From Paraspadella gotoi (taxonomy: Eukaryota > Animalia > Chaetognatha): a stretch of DNA of 64,000 bases. The notes beneath the pieces are model-generated. The model made no database searches. It saw nothing but the letters and a program-made list of their open reading frames with translations, and had not been told where the DNA came from. How positions within the stretch are numbered: position 1 is the stretch's first letter; every line of letters starts with the position of its first letter. This document shows, one piece after another, positions 13,346 through 27,347 of this stretch. A program made the translations under genes and the position numbers. The DNA is taken from positions 3,700,981 through 3,764,980 of the forward strand of contig CM119268.1 in NCBI GenBank assembly GCA_051294375.1, in the 5' to 3' direction.

Positions 13346-15133
13346 ATATATAATGTATCATCTTATTAACAGATATATTACCCCTGTTATAAGAATAGCA
13401 TTGATTATTGATAAATTTGATAAATAATTCTTAGGGCTTTTTCAGAACATTTTGCACTTACATTTCATCGGCTTCCAGTTTTGAAGGAAAAAGCGTTTTT
13501 TTGAAATTAAAGAGCCAAAATTCCAAAACCTTAATGTTTGCTCTCACTCTCCTTCCCACTCTCTCTCTCCCTCTCTCTCTCTCTCTTCTCTCCACTCTCC
13601 TCTCTCTCTCTCTCTCTCTCCTTCTTTCCATTCTCTTTAGGTTTTTGGTCTATGCCATAAATCTTAGAATCGTTCTTCTCCATTCGATAGACTTTTTCTC
13701 TCAGTTAAATTAAAGAGAAAAAAAATAAATTTATAATATTTTATAATTTTTTTTTTTTGAGTCTTTCGATTTGGCGGCCATTTTTGAAAAAAAAAAGTTT
13801 TTTCTTTTCAGTCTTGAAGCAAAAAAAAGTAGGGATTAGGGGAAAAAGGTTGGGGATTCGTTTATCTTCTTAGATCGGGAGAGAGAGAGAGAGAGACTGA
13901 GAAGGAGAGAGAGGAGAGAGAGAGAGGAGGAGGAGAGCCAGAAATAAGAAGCGGAGGAGTAGGAGAAGTGGAGAGAGAGTCAAAGGCAGCGCGGGAGGAA
14001 AAAAGAACCGCCAAGATAAACTGCCAATGAAACTGTGGTCTGGTCTTGCATTTGAAACAGTGAGAAACACGGTTTTGAGGAAAAGAAAAAGAAAAAACCC
14101 CCAAGAGAGGGAGAAAAAGAGCGAGATAGGGACAGGACGGAAAAAAAAATGGATAACCCCAGGTGAGTTGTCAAATGGCGTAGGCAGAAGAAACTTATAT
14201 TGATAGAATACAGCCAAATTTTATATTATCTCAAAGAGTTGATTTAAGAAGATTCATATATTTGATTTCTATACCGATTCTCACGAGAGAAAAGAAACGA
14301 CAGATTTTCTCTGTTGACGCAATGGTTTTTCGTGCACCCGTCCTAATATAGGTATTGTAAAGGATACTAACATCTGCATACTGCTCTCAGAATCTCCTCT
14401 CATCTCTGCTGATCATCTCATCATCTCATACTCATACTACATCTCATACGTCTCGTACTCAATACATCTCTGTAACGGCCGGCGTGCCTTAATCATGGTT
14501 AAGAACCTCACAAGAGTTGTGTACTGTTAGTTTGAACAAGATTCACTTGCAGCATAGTAAAAATCAAAGAGTGCATCAAACAAGACTCACTCTCGTTACT
14601 TGAGAGCTACTGATGGAACGAAAAGAGAAACTCTCAAGTTAAACTTGTCGACATCATGTACATTATTTGCTAAAATATTTATTTCTCGTTTTTATTTTGT
14701 TTTTTGTTTACAATATTTCCTNNNNNNNNNNNNNNNNNNNNNNNNNAAACCAATGTAAAGAGAAACGGAGAACGGGAGAAACAGAATAACGAATCTTCAA
14801 TTCAACCTTGAGAAAAAAATTTGGGTTCAAAAAAGTTTCGCGCATTTGACAACATTTTTTTTTCCCCTGATTCGAAATACCGCGTTATTCCACCACGAAT
14901 GAGACATGAGTTTCCCAAACAGAAATGGAGTCAAAGTTCGCGGCAAAAGGGAAAATAGGAAATTAACGAGTTTCAACGCAAAAGAATCAAGAGAGAAACT
15001 TTAACTTTTAAACTTCTCCAATGAATTTCGTTTCATTTCGTTTTCATTCTACTTCATTTATAAAAAGCGAATAAAGCTATATGATTCAATTTCGTCTCTC
15101 AGACTCGACTCTCTTGCGCGAGAATCCAAGGCC

Positions 15134-15180
<47 letters not shown>

Positions 15181-17277
15181 ACTTCATGAATAATTTTTTT
15201 TGCGAAAAAAAGTTCCTTGACTTTTGCGGACAAGGATCAGAATATCATAATTTTCTTTCTCTCTTTTTCCGCAAAACTCTGTAGGGAGAGCGAAAGGTTT
15301 AAAATTTAAATAATACAATAATATAGATTAGTGGCTGTGATTGCGCAATATATATAGATGAAGTACTTAGTTATAAGCGCAATTTAGGTTAAATAAAAAA
15401 GAACTACTACTAAAATTACTACATATAACCTAAACTGTATTCCCCCCACAAAAGACTGATTCCCCATCCCACCATAGAATAACGCCAAAAAAACATGTTC
15501 GTAAGNNNNNNNNNNNNNNNNNNNNNNNNNNNNNNNNNNNNNNNNNNNNNNNNNNNNNNNNNNNNNNNNNNNNNNNNNNNNNNNNNNNNNNNNNNNNNNN
15601 NNNNNNNNNNNNNNNNNNNNNNNNNNNNNNNNNNNNNNNNNNNNNNNNNNNNNNNNNNNNNNNNNNNNNNNNNNNNNNNNNNNNNNNNNNNNNNNNNNNN
15701 NNNNNNNNNNNNNNNNNNNNNNNNNNNNNNNNNNNNNNNAAACCGCACGAAACGAAATAAGAAGAGAAATCGAGATTCTTTCTTTTTTCTTTTTCTTTCT
15801 TTTCTTCCTCTCTGTTTACATTTATCTGGCGGCTTTTAATTCCGCCGACGATTCCCTTTTATTTTTTTATTGTCTTTACATTTCATTGATTTTCTGTCCG
15901 TTTTCTTTTGTCGAACTGACGGTTCAAAGATTTGAAGATGTTTTCTCGGCGATTTTATAGNNNNNNNNNNCTTTTATCTCTTCTTTTGTCTTTTGTTTCT
16001 GCGATTTCCGTCTCGAGAAATTTCTTCATTTTTTTATTTTTCTGTCATTTTCGCTCGAGTCGATTTAAAAGATAAAAAAAAGCCTTTTTTTGTTTTAATT
16101 TTTGACTTTTAGGGATTTTTTTTTTATGTCTTATAATTTGTTCTTTTTTGTTTTAGTCTTTTTCAATTAAAGAATCAAACGATATTTCTCTATTCTTGCA
16201 AATATTTTCGTTTTGTTTTCTGTTTTTTTTTTCTTCGTTTCGTTTCTCAGTTGTTTTTTTTNNNNNNNNNNTTTGTTTTCTGTTTTTTTTTCTTCGTTTC
16301 GTTTCTCAGTTGTTTTTTTTTCGTTTTGTCCTTGGGTTCCTTTTTCTATTTACTTCTCCCTCTTTTCTATCCTTTTCTCTTCTTTTCTTTTCTTTCCTTT
16401 CTTTTCCTACTTCTCTATTCTCCCCCGTATACGAATATTTTTTCCCGCTCGATGGAAATTGTTTTGCTCTCGCTCACTCTCTCTCCTGTANNNNNNNNNN
16501 NNNNNNNNNNNNNNNNNNNNNNNNNNNNNNNNNNNNNNNNNNNNNNNNNNNNNNNNNNNNNNNNNNNNNNNNNNNNNNNNNNNNNNNNNNNNNNNNNNNN
16601 NNNNNNNNNNNNNNNNNNNNNNNNNNNNNNNNNNNNNNNNNNNNNNNNNNNNNNNNNNNNTGTCGGCGCTTGAGAAAGGATGAAGGGCGTTAGATGGAGG
16701 ATGTGGACGCGGCGTTGGGGTTGAGGATGTTGGTCTTAAGGATGTGGGCGTTCCCTAGAATCGTCGGGTGAGAGGAGAGTTCGGTTCGGAGCTCCAAGTT
16801 TCTTGTTATTGTTGTTGTTGTTGTGGTCGTCCCTCGGAGCTGGCGTCGCGTCACGTCCGATCACGTGACAGANNNNNNNNNNNNNNNNNNNNNNNNNNNN
16901 NNNNNNNNNNNNNNNNNNNNNNNNNNNNNNNNNNNNNNNNNNNNNNNNNNNNNNNNNNNNNNNNNNNNNNNNNNNNNNNNNNNNNNNNNNNNNNNNNNNN
17001 NNNNNNNNNNNNNNNNNNNNNNNNNNNNNNNNNNNNNNNNNNNNNNNNNNNNNNNNNNNNNNNNNNNNNNNNNNNNNNNNNNNNNNNNNNNNNNNNNNNN
17101 NNNNNNNNNNNNNNNNNNNNNTTTTCCCTCGTCCCACAATCGTTATGCTACTTTTTCTATGCGGTTTGTTTGGTTGTCGTCGTTTTCGTCGTCGTCGTTT
17201 TCGTCGTCGTTGTCTTATATTCAGTAAGAAATCTGTTGTCGTTGTTGTCGTTGTTGTCGACGACGGTGAGAATTTGG

Positions 17278-17310
<33 letters not shown>

Positions 17311-17698
17311 CGTTTTATTTTTTTGGCTGTCAAAGATTCATCAGGAACTGCGAAGAGAGAAATAGGTAACGATATTAAAATGTAATCAAAACATCAATGA
17401 ATACTAATTTAATGTAAATAAGAAAAAAAAGTATACTGCAACGTATCAATACTGTAGAAAATAACGTTTTATAAAAACGATATCGTTAGCGATAAAATCG
17501 GAAGGAGTGAGTCTTAAAAAAAAATAAGGAAAAAAAAAAGAAACTGGAGAGACGCAATTTTCCAGGTTTTGTGGATTTTTTTTCTTTTCCTTCGGAGACG
17601 TGGAGGCCATAACAACGACGGAGGCAACTCGAGGTACACAAACGTGACAGCAACGCAAACAACGACGACGACGACGACGATAAAGATGATGATGACGA

Positions 17699-17730
<32 letters not shown>

Positions 17731-17884
17731 AAAAGTCAAACGAGAGAATCCGACGATGAAGTCACAACGATGAACTTTTAGATTAACAACAACAACAACA
17801 ACATTTTTTCTTCTCTAGGACGACGACAACAACGACGACAAGGATAAGAACAACAACAACGTCGAGGGTGAAAGTGATTTATGA

Positions 17885-17947
17885 GTTGCCATGGACACGA
17901 GGCACAAACAAAGCGTTAACACGCTAATGGCGGACGTTACGTGGAGA

Positions 17948-18016
<69 letters not shown>

Positions 18017-18213
18017 AACTTTTTTTTTCTCAATCTCTCTCTCCCGTAGCGAAGTCGTTATACGTATGTATCATTTGTTCGTTACATATATTTAGTCATT
18101 TTATATTTTGTATTCATTCACGGTCGCGGTACAATATTTTTTTTTTAATGTTTTCTTCGCGGGAGAAAAATAATGGGAGAATCACGTGACTGAGAGATGG
18201 TTTCCATGGCGAC
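17885..18213. promoter_or_regulatory. Two RFX X-box-like motifs plus a TCACGTGA E-box
   Basis: GTTGCCATGGACAC 17885-17898; ATCACGTGAC 18181-18190; GTTTCCATGGCGAC 18200-18213. Motif match only. Confidence 0.45.
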
Positions 18214-18240
18214 GGGAGTGAAGGCTGTCGGTGGTGGGAA

Positions 18241-18275
<35 letters not shown>

Positions 18276-19139
18276 NNNNNNNNNNNNNNNNNNNNNNNNN
18301 NNNNNNNNNNNNNNNNNNNNNNNNNNNNNNNNNNNNNNNNNNNNNNNNNNNNNNNNNNNNNNNNNNNNNNNNNNNNNNNNNNNNNNNNNNNNAAAGAAAA
18401 AAAAATTGGTGTCCTTAAAAAAATCTCTTTCTGTGCGATTTTTAGTCACAGGAACAAAAATCGCTTCATCGATGTAAAAAAATACATATTTTTTAAAAGA
18501 TTTTCTTTGTATATTTGTGTTTTTAAAAACTGCAAGAAACAAATCCAGTCAGCCAAAAGGCGAGAAATATTTATTATTTTTTTGGCTCCCAAAAATATTA
18601 CTTCTGTAAAAAATGTTACGTTTAAAAAGCAAATTTCTCCCAATAAAAAAGATTCTAACGTCTAAATATCAATCATTATCTTCTCTCCATTTTATTAATT
18701 GTCCCTTTTTTTGTTGGCGCGTGAAGAAAAATCGAAACACGAACGAGCAAAAAAAAAAAAAAAAAGGAAAGAAAGAAGAAAACCGCAGACGAACGGCAAA
18801 AAAAAAGGAAAAAAAAGGAGAAGAAAAGGAAGAAAAACCACAAGGAAAAAAAATGGCAGGCAAGAAAATAAAATTGGGAAAAGAATCAATGCGAAGGAGA
18901 CAAAAAGGAACAGACGCATAAATCTGAGTTCAGAAACGAGAGAAAAATGATGAGGAGAGAGAGAGAGGAGAGATGACGAGATAGATCAGATCAAGACGAT
19001 AGCAGAGAGAGGATGAGAGATCGAGAGAGAGAGACTAGAGAGAAGCACGAAGAGAGAGATGAAGCAGCGAAAGAAACGGCCAGGCTAAGGTCGACGATGA
19101 CCTGAGAAGAGAAAGAAGGAGACCTCGAGGTTTTTACGT

Positions 19140-19377
19140 CGCAAACGACGACGACGACGACGACGTGAACCTCGACGCAGAACGCGACGATGACGACGAG
19201 GAAGACGACGCATGGCGCGACGACGACGATGACGACGACGACGCTGAGAGGTTTAGTCGTTGAAGGGAACGACGATGACGACGACGACGACGCCTAAGAA
19301 GCAAAACTTGTTGACAGGGATGATTACGAAGATAACTATGGAGACAACCGCAGAACAAGGGCAAGAACACACGCGAA

Positions 19378-19433
<56 letters not shown>

Positions 19434-19434
19434 C
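19140..19434 (+). repeat. (GAC)n compound microsatellite
   Basis: Perfect run at 19378-19434. Related arrays: 17660-17730, (GTC)n 59115-59293, (GTT)n 17277-17309, (GGC)n 18241-18275. Confidence 0.95.
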
Positions 19435-20003
19435 ATGACCGGTAGGCAAGGCTATCGGGTTAGACCATTAACCTTTTTTTCGCTTTCGTTCGTCGATCGT
19501 TTTCAGTGGGAAAGACTTGATCAGTTGTTTTGTCACAGAGAGATAAAATCAACTGAACGGATGAAGAAAGAAAACAACGTGTTTGATGGAAACATAAAGA
19601 AAGAGAACATACACGGTGTTTTGTGTCATGAAACCAATTATAAATAGTTTAAAAAAACAAAAAAGAATATGATTTTTATTCAGGAAATTAAGAGTTTAAA
19701 AAATGAGAGAAAGTTTAATTTTGTTTTAAAAAGAATTACAGGAATTATAATCAAAGTTCGACAACAAAAAGATCATCAATATTGAATATAACAGCAACAA
19801 AACAATGAAAAGAATAACAACCGAAACAAAAAAAAATAACAAAAAAAGAACAATAAAAACAACATAAAAGGCAACAACAACAACAACGAGAACGTCATTG
19901 TACATGTACAATCGCCAACGACGATTACGAATTTATTTGTAGTCGGAACAAAAAAAACTCGTTCGTCTTTGACTTGTTCAATGACATTCGGGACGTCAAA
20001 AGC

Positions 20004-20039
<36 letters not shown>

Positions 20040-20224
20040 AAAACTGCCCTCCGCTAATGGGAGGAGGAGAGAAGGGAGAGAGAGTCGTTGTTCCGCTTCC
20101 ACCGAAGCAATTACACTGAGTGGATGTAGTAAAGGCTGAGAAGTGAGCCAAGTGCCAATTGCTTAATTTATGAAAACAACTTGGAGTTTATTTAATCTCT
20201 TTTGAGTTGCCGCCGTCGCATATA

Positions 20225-21295
20225 GATGCTTTGTTTTGAACAGGGGGCAAGAGGAAGAGAATTAGAGAGCAGAGAGAAGAATCGAGAATGAGGAGAGAGC
20301 AGGCGCGAGACAGTAGCAGAGAGCAGGCCATATGTTTTGAAAGCAGGACGCAGAGCGACGGAGAGAGAAGAAGAGAGACGAGAGAGGGCAGCGGAGGACG
20401 AATCTTTCTGAGGGAAGGATGGGATGAGATGAGAAGAAGCGCTATGTTTTGAACAGAAGAGATCGACGCAGACCTGACCGAGAGAAGCAGACGAGAGAAT
20501 GGAGATGCGGAGATGAGGAAGATAACAGAGAAGAGAGATAGAGCGAGGATAGAGAGATCTGAGAGCGTGCGCGTGCGAGTCGGGACGGGAAGGAGGAGAG
20601 AGAGAAGAGCTTATGATTTTGCCAAAATGAGAGCAGAGAGAGAGGAGAGAGAGAGAGAGAGAGAAGAGAGAGAGGAGAGATGGGCAGGTTGCGGGCTGGG
20701 AGGAAAGGAGCGGAGAGAGAGAACGGCTTGATGCTTTGAAAATAAGCAGAGAGAACTCGATGAGAGACGAGAGGACGCAAGAGAGTAGAAGAGAGAGCTC
20801 CCTCTAATAGAAGAGGGCGAGAAACGACTGGTGCATGTATCTTGGGAGGGACAGGCAGCGGGAGTAAGAGAGAAGGCCTTATGTTTTGAAGCAGAGAGAT
20901 GGGATGAGAGAGACGAAGCAGAGAGAGACCAAGCGAACGAGAGAGGAGAGAGAGGGCAGTGGAGTGGGTGGGCAAGGAGGGAGAGGAAGAGAAGGCCCTA
21001 TGCATTTGAAAGAGAGAGACGAGAGATGAGCAGAGAGGGCCAGGTGGACGTGGAGGCCGAGGCAGGGATGAGAAGGAGAAGGCATTATGTTTTTGTAAAG
21101 AGAGAGCAGAGCCGAGAGAGAGAGACTGAGGGCAGTGGAAGGAGTGGGAGGGAAGGCAGCGGAATGATGAGAAGGCTATGTTTTTTGACAAAGAGAGATA
21201 GAGAAGAGAGGAGATTGAGAGATGACGAGAGAGAGAGAGAGGGCCAGGTGGCAGTGGGAGGAAGGAGGAGAATGACATAACTTCTCTCGCTTTTT
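20225..21295 (+). repeat. Degenerate purine-rich satellite, ~90-150-bp period, anchored by ggc(t)tatgttttgaa
   Basis: The anchor recurs near 20231, 20331, 20441, 20610, 20727, 20876, 20995, 21081 and 21174. Confidence 0.7.
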
Positions 21296-24159
21296 NNNNN
21301 NNNNNNNNNNNNNNNNNNNNCTTGTTCGGCATTCCATTGGCCTCCTTTTGGTTTCGTCAGTCCTCGGGCATTACTCAAGGATTACTGGAGACTTTTCCTA
21401 TGGCACTATTTTTCCATCGGTTGGGGCGCAAGGAAACGCGTGGTGAAGGCTGGTGGGGTGTGTAAGGCGATGGTGGTGGTGTGAGTTTAAGTTGAGGTTT
21501 GAGAGAGAATTGTCGAGATTGCGCGTGGTAATTATCAGTGGGTCGATGTCGTCCGGAGATGTGCAAGAATTTACTTAGGAAAATTAAGTTGCTGATTTTC
21601 TTCTTTAGATAGTTTGATTTTAGAAGTAGATCGTTTACCTATGTCCATGAATGTTAGGAAACAATGATGTCTGAACTATACATTTATATTTCATGGCAAT
21701 ACCCATAATAAGAAATTAAAATTGCGTTTATTACAAAAATGAACTGGCTCGCGTAGAGAGTCTGAAGGGTCTGCAAGGTTTGAATAATTTTTGGTCAAGT
21801 CACGAGGACAAGACTGGACAGATTATTTATAGAAAGAATGAGATTTATTTCAGTATTGTTTGGAACATTTTACTAAAATGTAAGATAAGAAGACATTCGA
21901 CACTAAATTTGGAATCATCGCCTTTTGTTTTTTTTTTTTAAGTCGATGGTATTTTAGACTGTAGATTTATGTGACGGGAGATTTAGCATTTGGTTTAGCT
22001 GACGAGTCAGATTTGAGATTTTTGGATTTATGTGACGAGAGACTTAAGCATTTGGATTTATGTGACGAGATTTAGATTTGGATTCTATGTAGACGAGGGG
22101 CAGAACGACGAATTGAGATTAACTTGTTGTTGTGGTCCTGGTGCATAGTGTATGATCCTAATGCGAAAGTGACGTCAAGGGTTTATTGTTTAATGATGTC
22201 GGCATGTTTGTTTTGAAACATATGGGAGTACAGAGATACAGAATTTTAGGACAAGAAGTAAAGAGTTTAGACGATCTAAAAATTAATAAGAAAGATTTCT
22301 AGTTGTCATTTAGACACCGCTTAACCCATCTGATTTAAAAAAGTTTAATTGTTATTAATTTTACCTCTTTCTTTTTTTTTCTTTTGCGGCATTGTCATTA
22401 GAGCAACAAGATAAAAAGGATATATTGTTTAAATATTTTTTAAGCTTATTTTTTAATAGATTGTTTAGAGACAGACAGACAGACAGACTAAATATTTTTT
22501 TTTGTCTCTCCGTGTTTAAACGTCGTTTCGTGAGCGGGATAGAGAGCGAGTGGTCTGAGTTGGAGAAGCATCGACCAACGATGTTGATTCCAATTTGACG
22601 TTAATGAGTGAATTTGGTTGGAAGGAGGTCAGAAAAGTCGAAGGCAATGAATTAGCCGAAACATTAAGGGGGCGGCGGAGGGGGGGGGTAGCGCCGAAAA
22701 AGAGCAGGTAAGCGGAATAAAGTAAGTGGGCGAACCGAGTTTCTGAATGAGGTGAGGTTCCTCACGAAACGGGAAAGTCGTTATTTCCAAATCGTTTGGG
22801 AAATTAATCATTCTGGGAGTTTAGGGGCTGTTGTTTTATAAAGAGTTTAATATATGCACCATAAACTTAATGTCAAATCGACAAATTATTTTATAATTTT
22901 TTGCATGTGTTGTAGCAGATAATTTTTTAAATGTAATTTAAAATTCCTAATAATTAATGTTATTCTTTGTTCTCTTTTTTGTTTTTGAGACTCAGAATCC
23001 CCTTAAATCGAGCGTCATGAATCATTTTCTAAACGATTCTTTAATCTCGTTCGGCTCAAAGATGATTACAACCAGTTTCCCCTTAATCTTTATTTTCTAG
23101 TGTTTTGGTCGCCATTTTTGAGTAGGAAATGATTGGAATCCTTTGGCTCCGAGGAGACGCCCACCATAAGGGAAGCTTTCATTTCGGTCGAAAAAAAAAT
23201 TCTATCCCGAATGGAAAAAGGGAGGGAAAGTCAGTCAAAAGATATAGAGGGCAAATGAGTTTTAGAGAATTGTGGAGATTAATGAATGATATTCGAAAAA
23301 AAATAATTAGAAAAAAACATTTTTAACTATAATATGTTGTCTCCAAAATTTTTTTTTCAAGATTTAACACAATTTTTTCTCATCTTTCCTATTTTCCCTC
23401 CAATCTCCCTTACTATTATTTTCCCAGTTTTCATCATTACCATCCTCTATTTCTCTCTCCCTCTTTCTCTCTCTCTCTCTCTCCATATTTCCCACCCCCC
23501 CTTTTTTTTCAAATTTTCGCTTCCTTAATTTTTTCGTTTTATGGCGCCATTTTTCATCGGGACGCGGGTCTCCCCTTAAAATCGACTTCGTCTCCTCCTT
23601 TTTTTTGGTTCAAAAACGTTTTTCGTCGCCCAACCATTCATTTCTAAGGGGGGGTTACTTAATGTTTTTTTCATTATTTATAGCGTCAATTACAACTTNN
23701 NNNNNNNNTCAACCTCGCCCGATTCACAATTCATGAAGATTTTTTGTTCTCTCCAATTCGCATGCGTTCGGATTCCATTGGCCCCTTTTGTTTCGTCAGC
23801 CTCGGATTCGACTCCCGATGCCAAATTACTGGAGACTCTTAGACTATTTTCCTTCGGTGGGGAAACGGTGAAGGGGTGGGGGTGTGTTAAGGCGATGGTG
23901 GTGGGTGAGTTCAAGGTTTGAGGTTGAGAGAGAATTGTCGACGATTCGCGTGGGATAATTCATCAGAGGTCAGCGTCGGAATTGGAATTTACATTAGGAA
24001 AATTTAGTTGCTGATTTTCTTTTTAATATTTGTTTGTAAATAGATCGTTAACCATGTCCATGATGTTAGGAAAATGATTTCTGAAATACTTTTAATATTT
24101 CATGGCATACCAAATAAATAAGAAATAAAATTGCGATTATTACAAAAATGAAACTGGCA

Positions 24160-24223
24160 GTAAGAGAGTCTTGCTGTAAGAGGGTCTTGCTGTAAGAGGG
24201 TCTTGCTGTAAGAGGGTCCTGCA
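24160..24223 (+). repeat. 16-bp tandem repeat GTAAGAGGGTCTTGCT, ~4 units
   Basis: Read directly from the sequence. Confidence 0.9.
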
Positions 24224-24384
24224 AGGTTGATATTTTGCAAGTCCAGAGACAAGACGACAGATTATTTATAGAAAGAATGGATTTTTTTTATATTGTTTGA
24301 ACCAATTTTACTAAATGTAAATAAAAAGACATTGGCCACTAAATTTGGAATCATCGCCCTTTTGTTTTTTTTTTAAGTCGAGGT

Positions 24385-24755
24385 ATTTTAGATTTAGATT
24401 TATGTNNNNNNNNNNNNNNNNNNNNNNNNNNNNNNNNNNNNNNNNNNNNNNNNNNNNNNNNNNNNNNNNNNNNNNNNNNNNNNNNNNNNNNNNNNNNNNN
24501 NNNNNNNNNNNNNNNNNNNNNNNNNNNNNNNNNNNNNNNNNNNNNNNNNNNNNNNNNNNNNNNNNNNNNNNNNNNNNNNNNNNNNNNNNNNNNNNNNNNN
24601 NNNNNNNNNNNNNNNNNNNNNNNNNNNNNNNNNNNNNNNNNNNNNNNNNNNNNNNNNNNNNNNNNNGGATATTTAGATTTGGATTTATGTGACGAGGAGA
24701 TTTAGATTTTGATTTATGTGACGAGGAGATTTAGATTTAGATTTATGAGACGAGG
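24385..24755 (+). repeat. 29-bp minisatellite ATTTAGATTTGGATTTATGTGACGAGGAG spanning a gap; second copy at ~21950-22098
   Basis: Three clear units at 24667-24755, a partial unit before the gap, and about five noisy units at 21950-22098. Confidence 0.85.
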
Positions 24756-27276
24756 GGGCAGAACACGAATGAATTAACTTTTGTTGTGGTCCTGGCATAG
24801 TGTATGATCCTAATGCGAAATTGAGTCAAGGATTATTTTAATTGATTTGTTTTGAAACATATGGGAGACAGAATTTTAGGACAAGAAGTAAAGAGTTTAG
24901 ACGATCNNNNNNNNNNNNNNNNNNNNNNNNNGAAGCAGTCAGTACAGAGAGAGATTTCTAAAAAAGAGTTGTATTGCTTGTATGTGAAATTTTACCTCTA
25001 TTCTTTTTTTGTCTCTTTGTTGCGCATTGGTCATTAAGAGCACAGATAAAAAGGAATATATGTTGTTTAAATATATTGCTTTTAAGCTTATTTTTTAAGC
25101 GTCAGATTCGTTGTAGAGACCTAGACACGGACAGACCAGACTGAAATACTTTTTTTTTTGTCTCTCCGTGTTTAACACGTCGATTTCCGTATGAGCGGGA
25201 TAGAGAGGGCGAGTGGTCTGAGTTGGGAGAAGCAACTCAGACCAGCGATGTTGATATCATCCAATTTGACGTTGAATAGAGTGGAATTTGGATTGGAAAT
25301 GGAGGTCAGAAAAGTCGAAGGGCATCGAATACTATAGCGCCGGTAAAAGACGACTGTTCTAACGGTGTGCGTGCGGAGGGGGAGGGGGTAAGGCCGCCGA
25401 TAAGAACAGAGCAGGTAAGCAGCGAATAATAGTAAGTGGGTGCGAAAGCGAGTTTCTGATTGAGACGTGCAGGTTCCTTCACGAAGCGGGACAATGTCCG
25501 TTTTTTTATTCGCAAAGTCGAGTTTGGGGGGAAACTGAAGCGCAGATGTGAACGGTCACTGTGGAAGTATGTTAGGATAGGCGTTGGATTGACTAAAGGC
25601 AAGCATTAACGTAATATATATATGTCACCACGTCAAACGTAATGTCAGAGTGTCTGTATCACATAATTAGAGTTTCACCTACATCATTTTTCACTGTATG
25701 CGAGAGTAATTATGGTTACAAATCTATAGTGGTATGCTATCAGGCATAGTCACAGTCACAGAATTGACCTACACATAGAACTGACGACAGGCACAGTTAA
25801 TCTACCCTTTGTTCTGCGCTTTTCTGTTTTTGAGACTAGAATACCCCAGTTAAGAATCGAGCGTGGCATTGAATGCAGTTCTTTCTAAAGACGATTCTTT
25901 AATCTCGCTTCGGACTCCAAAGATGATTACACGCAGCCAGATTTCGGTCCCCTTAAGATCTTATTTTCTAGTGTTTGGCGTGACGACCACTTTTTGAAGG
26001 GTAGGGAGAATGTACATGTGGAATCCTTTGGGCTCCGAGCGGACGCGCCCGACCATAAGGGAAAAGCTTTTACATTTCGGTCGAAAAATAAGATTACTCC
26101 ATCAGCCGAATGGAAAGAACGGGAGGAAAGTGCAGTGCCACAAAGAGTAGTAGAAGGGCAAATGAGTTGTTCAGAGAATAATGTGGAGAGATTATTGATG
26201 AAGTGATATTTCGAAAAAAAATAATTAGAAAAAAAACCATTTTTAAACTATAATGATGCTTGTCTCCAAAATTTTTTTTTCAAGATTTAACACAATTTTT
26301 CTCTTTGTTTTCCTTTTAATCCTCTTCCCTTATATTATTTCCACGTCACCAATTTTTTAGGCCCACCGTCTAACTTTAATTTTCCCTTTGCTTTTTTCAA
26401 TCATTACCATTCCTTTTCCACCCTCTGTTCTCTCTCTCTCTCCTTCCATATTCTCCGCCGCCCCCCCATGTTCTTTTTCAAATTTTCGCGCATTGCCTAA
26501 ATTTTTTTCGTTTTATGGCGCCATTTTTTCATCGGGACGCGGGTCTCCCTTAAAGATCGACTTCGTCTCCTCTCATTTTTATTGGTGTCAAAAACGTTTT
26601 TTCGTCGCCCAACCAATTCATTTCAAGGGGGGGTTGACTTAATGTTTTTTTCATTTATGTTATAGACGTCAAATACAACTTCAAATCGTCAATTACAACT
26701 TCAAATTTAGTCCATAAAATACTTTTCTTTGGAAAAGAAAAAGTGGAACCAAAATTTTTAGAACAAAGGGTTTTAATTTAACTTTTCGCGACTACAGATT
26801 GTACAGTGTACATCCTAAATATTTTACATACCTAAAATTAAAACAAGTACCCATTTGGTCAAAAAAAACTTTTTTAAAATCATCGTTAAAAAACAGTTTT
26901 CAAATGTTTATTTGAAAAAGAAAAATTATTTTGACTCCCAACAAAGAAACCGAGAGACTAAATCGATTTTTTCCATAAAACTTTTAAAAAAGGAGGAAAA
27001 AAAAGTCAAACGAACGGAAAGACTTTTTATTTTTGTTCTTTTTTTCGTCGATTCGTGCCTTTCATTTTTTTCTCCCTTTCCCCTTAATTTTTTTTTCCCT
27101 TTCAACTCCTTTTTTCCTCCTGTTTCTTTTTGTTTCTTTTTTTCCCTAAAATCTTTTACTTTTCTCTTTCCCCTTTCTTTTCCCCCCTTTCTTTTCCTCC
27201 CTATTTTCCTCTCTTTCTACTTTCCCCTTTTCGCTTTTCCTTCTTCACTTTTTTCAACCCTCCACCACACCTCTCT

Positions 27277-27347
<71 letters not shown>

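Larger units (their letters stand above)
21321..26703 (+). repeat. Tandem near-duplicate blocks 21321-23698 and 23760-26703
   Basis: Shared anchors in the same order, e.g. ttccattggcc, tagatcgtt, ggtcagaaaagtcgaagg, atcgggacgcgggtctccc. Confidence 0.88.

Noticed and set aside
10900-13500. Very AT-rich tract as a possible mitochondrial or endosymbiont insertion
   Set aside because: No rRNA, tRNA or protein motifs were recognised on either strand.
24667-24755. Regular ~29-bp repeats as a possible CRISPR array
   Set aside because: The units are contiguous with no unique spacers, there are no cas genes, and the context is eukaryotic.
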